A stretch of 63,420 bases of DNA, filler included, from Reclinomonas americana ATCC 50394 (Eukaryota): assembly GCA_048213135.1 (NCBI GenBank). It is 7 parts of 4 records of this genome, joined end to end, with 100 filler letters (N's around TTAATTAATTAA, not from the genome) between each part and the next. Parts side by side here need not be neighbours in the genome. Positions count along the whole stretch, not along the records: positions 9,821 to 27,621 come from PS015567.1; positions 27,722 to 38,595 come from PS015568.1; 5 more parts are not named here. One strand, 5' to 3'. Positions within the stretch are counted from its first letter, which is position 1. Each line of letters begins with the position of its first letter. A program made the translations under genes and the position numbers. Shown one piece after another: positions 23,114 through 34,300 of this stretch. A model generated the notes under the pieces. It saw only the letters and a program-made list of their open reading frames with translations, did not search any database and was not told the DNA's origin.

Positions 23114-26100
23114 ATGGGATTTAAGGACGTCGGTGGAGAAGGCAGTGGATCTGCTCCTCCTCTCCCTCCGCCTGCTTCCGAGGATGAAATTGTTCTCGAG
23201 CAGCAAGTGATGAGAGTGAGGAATGCACTCGCTGAGGAGCAACATGTGTTTTGTGTGGTGCGCGCTGTGCATCGTCGTCGTCACCCTTCATCTGAGGTGG
23301 GAGAGGGGATGGCAAAGCCTCCGCGTTTGTGGATGGAGCATGTGGCGCAGGAGTCGCGGGAGAAGGCGGAGGATTATGTGTGTCCAGTGTGTTTGGTGAG
23401 TGGGATGGAGAGGGAGAGGGAGAGAGGGAGGAGGGAGGGAGGAAAGAGGGAGAGAGGGAGAGGATGGACACCCACTGCATGCAACTGTCTGCGTCTTGTG
23501 TATTTTGTGTCCGCCACTCTTTGGTTTGCTGTGCATTCTCGTGCAAGCGTGTGCGTGCGTGTGTGCGTGTGAATGCATCTCTCCTCCTCTCTGTATGTAT
23601 TGCGTGGGATTACTCTTGTGTTGCACATCAATCTCTTCTCACTCTCTCACGTTCTCTCTTTTCTTTGTCCATCCTTCTCTCCTTCTCCTTCCTCTTTCCT
23701 CTTGCTCTCTCTCTCTCTCTCTCTCTGTGCATCGATCGTGGCGTGACGCTGTGTGTGCTTGTATGTCCCCCCTCGCGTTTGCTCTGTTTCTCTTTGCGCT
23801 CTTGCGTGCGTGTGCTTTGTGTGTGCATCTCTCCTTCTCTCTCTCTGTGTGCGTGAGTGGAAACGCTATTGTATTGTGTTGCACGAATTCCCCTCTATGT
23901 CGTTCTCTCTCTGTGCATCGATTATGATTTGAATCACTGCTTGTGTATGTCCCCCCCTCCCCGCGCGCGCGCTATCTCTTGTTTCACTATGTGCGTGTGC
24001 GTAAATGAGTGAGGGATTGCTCTTGTCTTTCCGCGTCTGTCTTTCATATATTCTCACTCTCTGCACTGATCCTGACGTGACCCTCTTTCCATCTTACAGG
24101 ACTTGTGCACTCTGGACTTTGTGTTGTGCGCCAGCGAGCTGCATCATTTGTGCCGGTGAAGAACCGGTTGTGTTTGCTTCCGACTTTATTGTTGTTGAGA
24201 CTGATGCCCGTGACAGTGAACACGTGACGGAGGCCGGAGTGGATCTGTGCGGCGATGGAGTCACGTCTCGTGCCACGGCGCATGAGGTGCAGCGCCGACT
24301 GCGACTGACGTATGAGAACTTGAAGGTGTGCATGCTGCTGTTCTCCATGAAGTGTGTGCGTGCTGTCTTCACTGTGTACTCACGAAAACAGATTGCATGC
24401 CCGCTCTGCCATGCACCCATGGTGTGTCTTGTCATTGAGATTTGCTCTGCTTGAATTCTCCATCCTCACGTGTGGATGAGCAGACTATCGGCGACTATTA
24501 CCGCACACATGGCCTGTCGCAGTGCCCGTATGCATGTGAGAGGTGTGGTCAGCAGATGACACTCGATCGAACGGTGGAGCATGAGTGGAGTGGATGCTTG
24601 CGAGAGTGTCCGCTCGGATGTGGCGCGCGACTGGCGCTGAGTGAGCTGGTGGAGCACAGCTGGAGTGGATGCATGCGAGCGTGTCCACGTGGATGTCAGC
24701 GGCAGTGCTCACTGGCGGAGATGCAGCGGCATCTTGGTGAGTGTGCTCTGTAAGGAAAGGAGCGTATCATGACACTGATGTGGCGTTCTCTTCTGTTGCA
24801 GAAACGGAGTGCCGACTGCAGCACATAGTGTGTCGTGGTGGTGAACTGGGGTGTGGATGGCGCGGAATTGGTGGAGAGAGGGAGGAGCATGAGCGAGTGT
24901 GCGAAGTGTTGCGAGTGGAGCGACCACTGCGAGAGGTGAATTTTTGGATTGATGTGCATTGGACGTATCGTGCAGCTGATGTGAATTTGCTGTGAGCGCA
25001 GCTTCATGGCCGAGTGCGAGAGCTATCTCAGATGGTGGCCCTCGAGCGAGAGGCGAGGCAAGTTGTTGAAGATCGACTGGCTCGTGAGGAGCGATCGGGG
25101 CAAGTTACCGCTGAGCGACTGGCCGATTGTGTGGGAATGCTTGTCGAGTGCCGAGAACAACTCACAGGCGAGCGACAGGCGAGACAAGCTGATAACGAAG
25201 CCGCTCGTGAGCAATTCGCCGTGGAGCGGCGCATGCGGGAAGCTCTGGAAAGAGGTGTTGCTGAGGTCTGTCGTGTGAATATCGGTGGGGTATTCCAGTT
25301 CTCCTCTCCTCACTTTGTCTCCTATCCATCTGCAGCTGCTCGCCCGTCTCGAGCCGCTGGAGATGCGCGAACGAGCGATGCAGGAAAGGGAGGCGGCTGA
25401 GCGAGAGCGGTTGGCCAGGGAGCAGGAGGAGCGAGAGAGGCAGGCCAGAGAGCGAGAGGAGCGGGAGCGCGAAGCAAGGGAACGAGAGGAGCGGGAGCGT
25501 GCGGAGAGGAAGATCGACAGCGATCTGCTGAGTGCGGCGGATGGACGAGCGGTGCTGCAGTGGGTGCAGCAGGCGCGCGGTGGAGGCGAGAAAGTGCCCA
25601 AGCTGACGTTGCTGTTCAAGGCCAGTCGAGATGGATTCAAGTTAGCCACATTCCATCAGAAATGTGACAACCGTGGGTGCGTGATTGAGCGAAGGAGAGG
25701 TTGCTTATATTGCTTGGCTTCTGATGAGTGGCTGCGCGCAGAGCGACGCTGACTGTGGTCAAGTCGTCAACGGATCGCGTTTCTGGCGGGTACACACCTG
25801 TCTCGTGGCAGTCTGAGGGTGGTTGGGCTACCGATCCATCCGGCACCACCTTCCTGTTCTTGCCATCGTGGAGTGGCGCAGATGTGCGCCGCTTTGCGCT
25901 GAAGGACGATCAGAAGCAATACGCCGTGCATCACAGCTCTTCTTTGCTTCAGTTCGGATACTTTGGTGGCATCTACGTGTATGACGATGGCAGCAACATC
26001 GGCGGCGGCAGTAATGTTCACTCGTTCCAGAGTACGGACGGTGGAGCCTGTGACGACACGACGCTGATGGGATCTGCGAACTTTCAAGTGGCAGACTACG

Positions 26101-26120
26101 AAGTCTTCCTCGTTGAGTGA
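23114..26120 (+). CDS. RING + TRAF-type Zn fingers + coiled coil + TLDc protein (copy D, complete)
   Basis: Same N-terminal exons as copies A and B (MGFKDVGGEGSGS...CPVCL|DLC..HHLCR|EH..LCGD). TLDc: LLFKASRDGFKLATFHQKCDNRG|ATLTVVKS..GGYT..FLF..FG..FQVADYEVFLVE. Confidence 0.9.
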
Positions 26121-26944
26121 AGGATCCTTTCGTGTCGCAACCAAGGCTGACTGGTAGCCCGGGTTTCTCAAACAGGCCTCGTGACGCTTGTAGTAGAACT
26201 CCGCAGCGCAGTTGCACTGCTATTGAGAGTAGCTGCCGTTCGCTTGCAGAGTGAGTCGAGCTGGAAGCTTGGATCTCGAAACCAGCCGTCGCTGTTGCAT
26301 ATAGCAGGTTCATGAACGCCAGTAATTCGACGTCGAAGTCGCAACTGTTACATGTGCGTCGCTTCCTTCTGCACAAAGGATCCTACCACACGCACTTTAC
26401 CATACACTGAGACACAACAGCAGCTGGCTTCAAGTTGAAGTTGTCTCGTCCTCATATCGTCCCAACAAGAGATTCACTGATTCGCAATAAATGTCGTCTC
26501 CGCGCACAACAGAGGTGCGTATCTCTCTCTCACACGCACACGCTCACAGTCATAAGTAAGTGAGAGAACAAGCAAGATGAGTTCACGGCGTGTGTGTGTG
26601 TTTGTGAGAGAAAGGCGGGAGAGTGTGAGAAAACGCAGACAAACTTTCTCATGTTCCTCTGTTGCCCTCTCTTCCTCCTCTCTGATGCGTGTATATTCAG
26701 TCCTCTCCGTCTCCCTCTCACACTAACATTCAGAGGGCAAGTGTGTGTTTGAGAGAGAGAGAGAACGAGAAAGGAGAGAGAATGTAAGGAAACACTCGAG
26801 AGAGAGAGAGAGAGAGAGACTGAGAGAGAGACTGAGCTCTCTCTCTCTCTCTCACGCAGTTGCACTCACTCCCTTTCTCCCACATCACATGCATATGCGC
26901 ATCTTCCCTCTTCCTTCTCTCACTCTTCCTGTCTCTCCTCCCAG

Positions 26945-27288
26945 TGGCGCCACCGCCGCGCAGCCGACGCCTCCCACTCCGGCACTCCCCCTTCCTCCAC
27001 ACCCTCTCCTCTCGCCCAAGCCGCAGCCGCAGCAGCCGACGACGACGAAGACGCCAGTGGCCTGATCTCTCTGCAGTCACCACCTGCCTCCTCCATGTCT
27101 TCGCCTCCTCCTGTTCCTGCTCCTCCCGCTGCTTCTTCTTCGTCAACGATGGATCCTGTCACGCGTGCACTGGCTGCGGAGGGCGAGCGACGAGCAGCGG
27201 CGATTGAGGAGGCGCGGAGGTCGTCGGATCCGATGCCGGCCCCGCTCAAGCGGTTCTCGTCGACCGGGTCGACGGAGGGCGGGATTGG
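26945..27288 (+). CDS. Low-complexity Ser/Pro/Ala exon, possibly the N-terminal part of the PFKFB gene
   Basis: Open frame WRHRRAADASHSG...MSSPPPVPAP...KRFSSTGSTEGGI between a pyrimidine-tract cag acceptor and a gtgag donor. A possible first exon MSSPRTTE|gtgcgt lies at 26491. Confidence 0.45.
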
Positions 27289-27621
27289 TGAGATGCGGGT
27301 GGGAGGGAGGGAGGAGAGGAAGGAGAAGGGGGGAAGAAAGGGAGAAGGGGGAGGAGAAGGCAAATTGAGTGAGAAAGACGCCAGGAAGAGGGAGTGAGAA
27401 CGAGAGGCAGAATAGGCGGAGTGAGGAGAAAGAGACGGAGGTATAGAGAGCCACAGAGAGAGAGAAGAGGGAGGGAGGGAGAAGGGGGAAGAGAAGGCAG
27501 AGATAAGAAAGTGATTGAGAAAGACGGCCAGAGGCAGAATGGACGGAGAGAGGAGAAAGAGACGGAGATATAGAGAGCCACAGAGAGAGAGAGGAGGGGA
27601 GAGAGGAGAGGAGGAGAAGGG

Positions 27622-27721
27622 NNNNNNNNNNNNNNNNNNNNNNNNNNNNNNNNNNNNNNNNNNNNTTAATTAATTAANNNNNNNNNNNNNNNNNNNNNNN
27701 NNNNNNNNNNNNNNNNNNNNN
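27622..27721. other. Artificial scaffold spacer
   Basis: TTAATTAATTAA at 27666-27677 within Ns. Confidence 0.97.
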
Positions 27722-27860
27722 CTTCTGTTCCCCCTTCTGTTCCCCCTTCCGTTCCCCCTTCCGTTCCCGCTTCTGTTCCCCCTGCTGTTCCCCCTGCTGT
27801 TCCCCCTTCTGTTCCCCCTTCTGTTCCCCCTTCCGTTCCTCCTTCCGTTCCCCCCTTCGC
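27722..27860. repeat. 12-bp minisatellite (TTCCCCCTTCTG-like), about 10 copies, intronic
   Basis: ttcccccttctg / ttcccccttccg / ttccccctgctg in tandem. Confidence 0.85.
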
Positions 27861-27956
27861 TCCCCTATTTTAGCTTCCCCTTGCTCTTCCACCTTCCTCT
27901 TCCCCCATACCTTCCCCCACACTCATTTTCCCCTTTGTCCTTCCCCTCTTGTGCAG

Positions 27957-29800
27957 GCCGCCGTCCGCGACTTCAAGGAACGCATCAAGTACTACGAGGC
28001 GGCCTACGAGACCATCAGCGACGACACCTGCAGCTACATCAAGCTCATCAACGTCGGCCAGCAGGTCATTCTCAACCGCATTCAGGGCTACCTGCCCGGC
28101 CGCCTCGTGTTCCTGCTCATGAACATGCACATTCATCCACGCACGATTTTCCTCACTCGGTGAGTGGCTTGTGAATGCGAAAGGGTTGTCGGAGTTACTG
28201 ACACACTGTGCAGGCACGGCGAGAGCGCGTACAATGCCGACGGCCGCATCGGTGGCGACCCTCCGCTGACGGAGAATGGACGCCATTATGCGCGGCTGCT
28301 GGGCGAGTTTATCAAGGTTTGCTTCTTGGTGGCAGATGTCATTGTCACATTCGCTCACCCCCTTCGCCCGCTCAGAAAAAGAAGGACGTGCTGCTGTCGG
28401 AGGGCGGTCACCCGCCGCTCACCGTGTGGACCAGCTCACTTCGTCGCACCGTCGAGACCAGCATCGAGGCCGCGTTCGTCGGCAACGACTTGGAGTACTC
28501 GGTGCAGCAGTGGAAGGCACTGGATGAGATTGATGCAGGGCTTTGTGAGGCGAGTCTGATGCTCTTAAGTCTCTCTTTTCTCTTCGCTCATAGGTTGGCG
28601 ATAGTGTGGGTGTCTTCCTTTCTCTCATTGAGATAGGAGAAGAGAGGAAGAGACACGGGAGAGAGCCGACGAGAAGTAAGGGAGGACGACAGCGCGTGAG
28701 AAACGAAGCGAGACAGCGAGAGACCAAGAGAAAGAACGTGAGAATAGACAGAATTAGGAAGACAGCAAAAAGAAACTCGGAAAAGCAGCTCCGTGTCTTG
28801 CTTTCTCCATCCTATCTCTCGTTCTTCGTCTTCCTGTTTCGTCGTCTCGCCTCGTCTCGCCTCGTCGCTTTGCCTCTCACCATTCCTATTGTCTAACTCG
28901 ACTCGTTCTCTCGTCCTCCTCTCCTCTGTTGTCGTTTTCTTTGTCTCTCCTCATTCTCGCCGTCTCTCTTCGTTTAGCTCCGCTTTTCTTCGTCGTTCGT
29001 CGTCACCCGTCGTTTCTCGCCCTCTGTCTTCGTTTCCCTTCGCCTCACTTTGCCTCTCATTGTCACACTTCGTCTCTTATCCTCTCTTCTTTTCTGTTTT
29101 TCCTTCCTTTCTCTTTGTTTCTTGTCTCCTCGCTTTTGCACTCCTCTCTTCATTTAGCTCCGCTTTTCTTCGTCGTTCGTCGGCACTCGTCGTTTCTCGC
29201 CCTCTGTCTTCGTTTCCCTTCGCCTCACTTTGCCTACTCTTCGTCTCTTATCCTCTCTTCTTTTCTGTTTTCCTTCCTTTCTCTTTGTTTCTCCTCTCCC
29301 CTCTTTCGCTCTCTGTTTTTCATCGCCTCTCCTCCTCTCTTTTGCACTCCTCTCTTCCTCTCCCCTCCCCCCCCCCCTTCCATTTGCTGACTATTGCACA
29401 GGGCATGACCTACGAGCAAATCGAAAAGGAGATGCCGGACGAATTCAAGGCCCGCCAACACGACAAGCTCGGCTACCGATACCCGCGCGGCGAGAGCTAC
29501 GAAGATGTGATTGTGCGCATCGAGCCGGTCATCACGGAGATTGAGCGACGCCGCGAGCGTGCGGTGCTCATTATTGCGCACCAGGTACTTCTGCGCTTCG
29601 ACCCTCTCTTAATCACCATGTCTCACCGCCACCTGCACAGGCCGTGTTGCGCGCCCTGTATGGCTACCTGGCCGAGCGCAAGATGGACGACGTGCCGCAC
29701 CTCGATATTCCGTTGCACACGGTCATTGAGTTGACGCCGCGTGCGTACGGGGTGGAGGAGAACCGGCATTTGTTGTTGGAGTTGGATCGAATGTTGCGTG
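27957..29800 (+). CDS. PFKFB: 6-phosphofructo-2-kinase/fructose-2,6-bisphosphatase (end of the kinase domain plus the phosphatase domain; both ends unresolved)
   Basis: DFKERIKYYEAAYETI..SYIKLINVG..NRIQGYL..IFLTR|HGES (RHG phosphohistidine motif), VWTSSLRRT, WKALDEIDAGLCE|GMTYEQI, YRYPRGESYEDV, IIAHQ|AVLRAL, IPLHTVIELTP. Confidence 0.95.
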
Positions 29801-30413
29801 GCGAGGAGAGGGAAGGGGAAGGGGGAGAAAGGGGAGAAAGGGGGAGGGTGGAGCAGTGCAATGGACAACGGGAGGGGGATAGGAGGAAGGCACTCTCTCT
29901 GTCGTTATTATTTCGTGTTGATGTGAGATGTGGTGCAGGGAAAGGCCGAAATCTCATTNNNNNNNNNNNNNNNNNNNNNNNNNNNNNNNNNNNNNNNNNN
30001 NNNNNNNNNNNNNNNNNNNNNNNNNNNNNNNNNNNNNNNNNNNNNNNNNNNNNNNNNNNNNNNNNNNNNNNNNNNNNNNNNNNNNNNNNNNNNNNNNNNN
30101 NNNNNNNNNNNNNNNNNNNNNNNNNNNNNNNNNNNNNNNNNNNNNNNNNNNNNNNNNNNNNNNNNNNNNNNNNNNNNNNNNNNNNNNNNNNNNNNNNNNN
30201 NNNNNNNNNNNNNNNNNNNNNNNNNNNNNNNNNNNNNNNNNNNNNNNNNNNNNNNNNNNNNNNNNNNNNNNNNNNAGAGAGAGAGAGAGAGAGTCTTTCT
30301 GCTTTGTTCACGAAAGTGACAAAGAGGCGGTCTGCTCGATGCTCTCTGCCGTGGGGACCGAGTTGTCTTCAGTTGGCCCGCAGTGTCGCCGTTGACATCA
30401 GCCGATCTGATCA

Positions 30414-30745
30414 TGATGACCAATTGCAAGTTCAACTGTATTCAAAACATCAACACAAACACCAATCTTGAGGCAGCAGCAGGTTTCTTGTGTTCGTGTG
30501 CTGTATTCGTTCTGGGAGCTCCGAGCAAGTCGAGAACTGTGATCTTCACCGCATAAGCGCGGTTGACCAGTGGATTTGACGCACTTGCATGGCGCATTGC
30601 GTTTTCTGCGATCGTACACCGAGTTCGGGAAAGGCCATAAGCAAGGCAAACAAGCAATGCCGGGTCCGGATCCAAGAAGTCTACCGACAACAATTCATTT
30701 ACCAACAAACAAGCAACAGCTGTCTTGATGACCAAGTCAACATGC
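30414..30745. repeat. Dispersed copies of the 1113-1570 repeat arm
   Basis: 30414-30540 (aagttcaactgtattcaaaacatcaacacaaacaccaatcttgaggcagcagcaggtt...ggagctccgagcaagtcgagaac) matches the reverse complement of about 1060-1175. 30688-30740 (aattcatttaccaacaaacaagcaacagctgtcttgatgaccaagt) matches the inner part of the arm. Confidence 0.85.
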
Positions 30746-31386
30746 AGAATTCGAAGTGCAGCGATTATGTTGGACAAAAAAAGAGGTGTCGCTGAGGCAA
30801 AGTCCGACGTTCTCAAAGTCTTCGCTTCTGTGTCAACCTTCTCCTTTTGCTTTAGCAGCGCCTAATTTTGAAACCAGCTCGGTATCGATTTCATTCGGAT
30901 TAGCTTTGCTTCCGTGCTCGGCTCCGGACCAGGCTTTTGCACTGCAAGCCTGCTTGCCAACGAGCGTTGTAAGTTCCATGCACCACGACCGCAGAACACG
31001 CAGCGCTGAGCAACAATGGTGGATCAATCGATCGACCGATCGATTTTACTGTTCGATTTCGCTCTTGCAGTCGCAGTCAGCCGCTGCTTCGTTTCTACGA
31101 CTGTGCTCTTCACATGCACGTACTCTTTGTCGCAAACCAAGTCTCGCTTCCCCATCATCTTACGAAAAATATTGGGGACAAAAATGCATGACGTCATTGA
31201 AAAACGGCCACGAAATCCCAATTCTGTTAAAGTGCGAGAGAGTGCAACAGGCACTTGTCTCGACGCTTGCACGCCCACAGGGAACACACACAGCACAGAG
31301 AAGCACTCAATCACACGCACACACTCCGTCTTGTCGAGTTGGCACCATTGAGTGTGTGTGTCTCTCTCGCTCTCTGTGTCTGAGAG

Positions 31387-34300
31387 ATGTTGAATGACTT
31401 TGTTGAGGAGGATGAGGAGGTGATGCCGGGCGCTGTGCAGCTGGCGGAGATGAGCAGTCGGTTTGCGGCTTCAGTGAAAGGTGAGCTGTGCTGAGTATGT
31501 GGCGGTGTGAGAACGAGGGGGAAGAGTGAGGGAAAAAGGGGAAGAGAGTTGGCGATCATTTTCAGGGTGGGTGGTGGTTGCAAGAAGGGAGAGGGAGGAG
31601 GGAGAGAGGGAGGTTGAATGAGAGGAGAATGAAGGGAGGGAGGGAGAGGGACGCTTCCTGGTCCTCTTCACGCTCAATCTCGTTCTCAGTCTCTCTCTTT
31701 TTCTGTCCTTGCCCCTCGCTTCCTTCTCCTATTGCAGCTCCATTACTTCTTTCTCCCCCTGTCGCACTTACCTCTCACCTTCTCCTCCTTCTTGCCTCGC
31801 ACTACTTCTGTCTCTTTTCTCTCGATTTCAGGTTGCTTGTTTTCTGTGTCTCCCTTCTTCCTTTTCCTTTCTCTTGCCTTTCAGCTTCTCTCTCTCTCAA
31901 TCGTCTCCTCTCTTCTCCTTCTCTGTCATTCTCTTTCTCGCACCTTCAGCCATCTCACCTCGCCGTCGCTTCTAGGTTGTTTTTCCTTACTTGTCTTGCC
32001 ACTCTATAACTGCGTTCACCTTTCTCTTTTCTCTCTCTTCCCGCTCCGTCAACCTCACCATTTTCTTCCTCTGTCTCCTTTCCTCTTGTTTCCAGCTTAC
32101 TCCTTCATTTCCCTCCTCAGTCCACTTTCTTTCTCATTCCTTGACTCTGTCTCTGTCCATCCCTTTCCCATTCCAGCGTCTTTCTTTCCACCTCTCTCGT
32201 TTTCCCTTCCTTCCCTTGCCTGTTCAACCTGCCTCCTGCGCATCCACTATGTATCGTCATGCTGACTGGTCTTGTTCTGTCGCAGACCGCGAACAGGCCA
32301 CTCCTCCGCGGACAAGCATCCCAGCGCCACCAAAGGTACTACATTCTTCTCATCCTGTCTCTCCCCCTTCCCTCCTTCCCCTTGCTCACCCTTTCCCTTC
32401 TTCCACCTTTTCCCTTCATCGCAGTCCTCCCGCGAACACCGCAGCGGCTCCAACCGCCGCTTCCGAGGCGTCCCCCCAAAACTGCAGCGCGAACAAGCCT
32501 TCCTCGAGCGCGTCAAGCGCGAAACCGCGCGCGAACGAGAGGCCTCGACCGAACACGCACGCCGCCGTGTGGCCGGCCTGCACAACCTGCACTCCACCAA
32601 CCCGTACGAGCCGCCAGCCCCGCTGCCGGCCGAGCCCGTGACGGCGGCGACCACTCCGACTGCCGCCGGCGCCGACGCCTCCCTCAACGTCACGCTGACG
32701 TCGCAGACGGGGGCGGCACTGACGGCGATTCAGCGCCCACCCATTGTGCCGCGGCTGTCACTGCAGGAGATGAAGAGGCGAGCGGAGGATCGCATTCACG
32801 AGCTGCTGCAGCGCCCCGTGTCGACGCGCCGCCACAGCTCACCCACCCCACCGCAGGCGGTGGTGCTGCCGCCGCTGGCCGAGCACCCGTTCTTGTCGGT
32901 GACGGAGCCGGGACAGCAGCAGCAGCAGCCGCAGGGGGAGATGCGCCTGCTGGAGAGACCACTCACGCCACCGGCCACGGCTCCGTCGCGCCTCATGAGC
33001 TCCCTCCGCAGCGGTGCGCTGACGGCGCGAGAGACGAGCAACGGGCACTACCTGCACCCGCTGCAGCAGACGCAACCGAATTCGCACCCCCATCCACCGC
33101 CACCGCCACCACTCCACCAGAGTCAGAACTTCTTGTCACCGCGACCGTCGCCGTTGTTGCAGCGGCGGCAGCAGTTCGCGCCCAGTTCGCACGACGACGA
33201 ATCGGAGCGGCCGTTCACCTCGCGCAGCGAGCCGGCCACGTTGGAGCTGTCGCCGGCACCGTCGGAGGGCGGCAGCCAGTCGGGCATTATCAGCATGTTG
33301 CCGCCGAGCATGGGACTCGGCAATCTGACGATTGATGCCGACGGCAACGACGCGGCGCGTGTGTGGTTCCACCGCTTCCGCTCCAAGTTGATCAAGTGGA
33401 GTCAGCAGACGCACCATGCGTCGCAGGATGGACCCATGTCACAACTCAAGCATCTAAAGGTGCGCGTGATTGATGAAAGGGTGGTGTCACAGGCCGTCGC
33501 TCACTGTGATCTACGCAGAGCTCAACACTGCGCGCACTGGAGATGCAACAGCNNNNNNNNNNNNNNNNNNNNNNNNNNNNNNNNNNNNNNNNNNNNNNNN
33601 NNNNNNNNNNNNNNNNNNNNNNNNNNNNNNNNNNNNNNNNNNNNNNNNNNNNNNNNNNNNNNNNNNNNNNNNNNNNNNNNNNNNNNNNNNNNNNNNNNNN
33701 NNNNNNNNNNNNNNNNNNNNNNNNNNNNNNNNNNNNNNNNNNNNNNNNNNNNNNNNNNNNNNNNNNNNNNNNNNNNNNNNNNNNNNNNNNNNNNNNNNNN
33801 NNNNNNNNNNNNNNNNNNNNNNNNNNNNNNNNNNNNNNNNNNNNNNNNNNNNNNNNNNNNNNNNNNNNNNNNNNNNNNNNNNNNNNNNNNNNNNNNNNNN
33901 NNNNNNNNNNNNNNNNNNNNNNNNNNNNNNNNNNNNNNNNNNNNNNNNNNNNNNNNNNNNNNNNNNNNNNNNNNNNNNNNNNNNNNNNNNNNNNNNNNNN
34001 NNNNNNNNNNNNNNNNNNNNNNNNNNNNNNNNNNNNNNNNNNNNNNNNNNNNNNNNNNNNNNNNNNNNNNNNNNNNNNNNNNNNNNNNNNNNNNNNNNNN
34101 NNNNNNNNNNNNNNNNNNNNNNNNNNNNNNNNNNNNNNNNNNNNNNNNNNNNNNNNNNNNNNNNNNNNNNNNNNNNNNNNNNNNNNNNNNNNNNNNNNNN
34201 NNNNNNNNNNNNNNNNNNNNNNNNNNNNNNNNNNNNNNNNNNNNNNNNNNNNNNNNNNNNNNNNNNNNNNNNNNNNNNNNNNNNNNNNNNNNNNNNNNNN

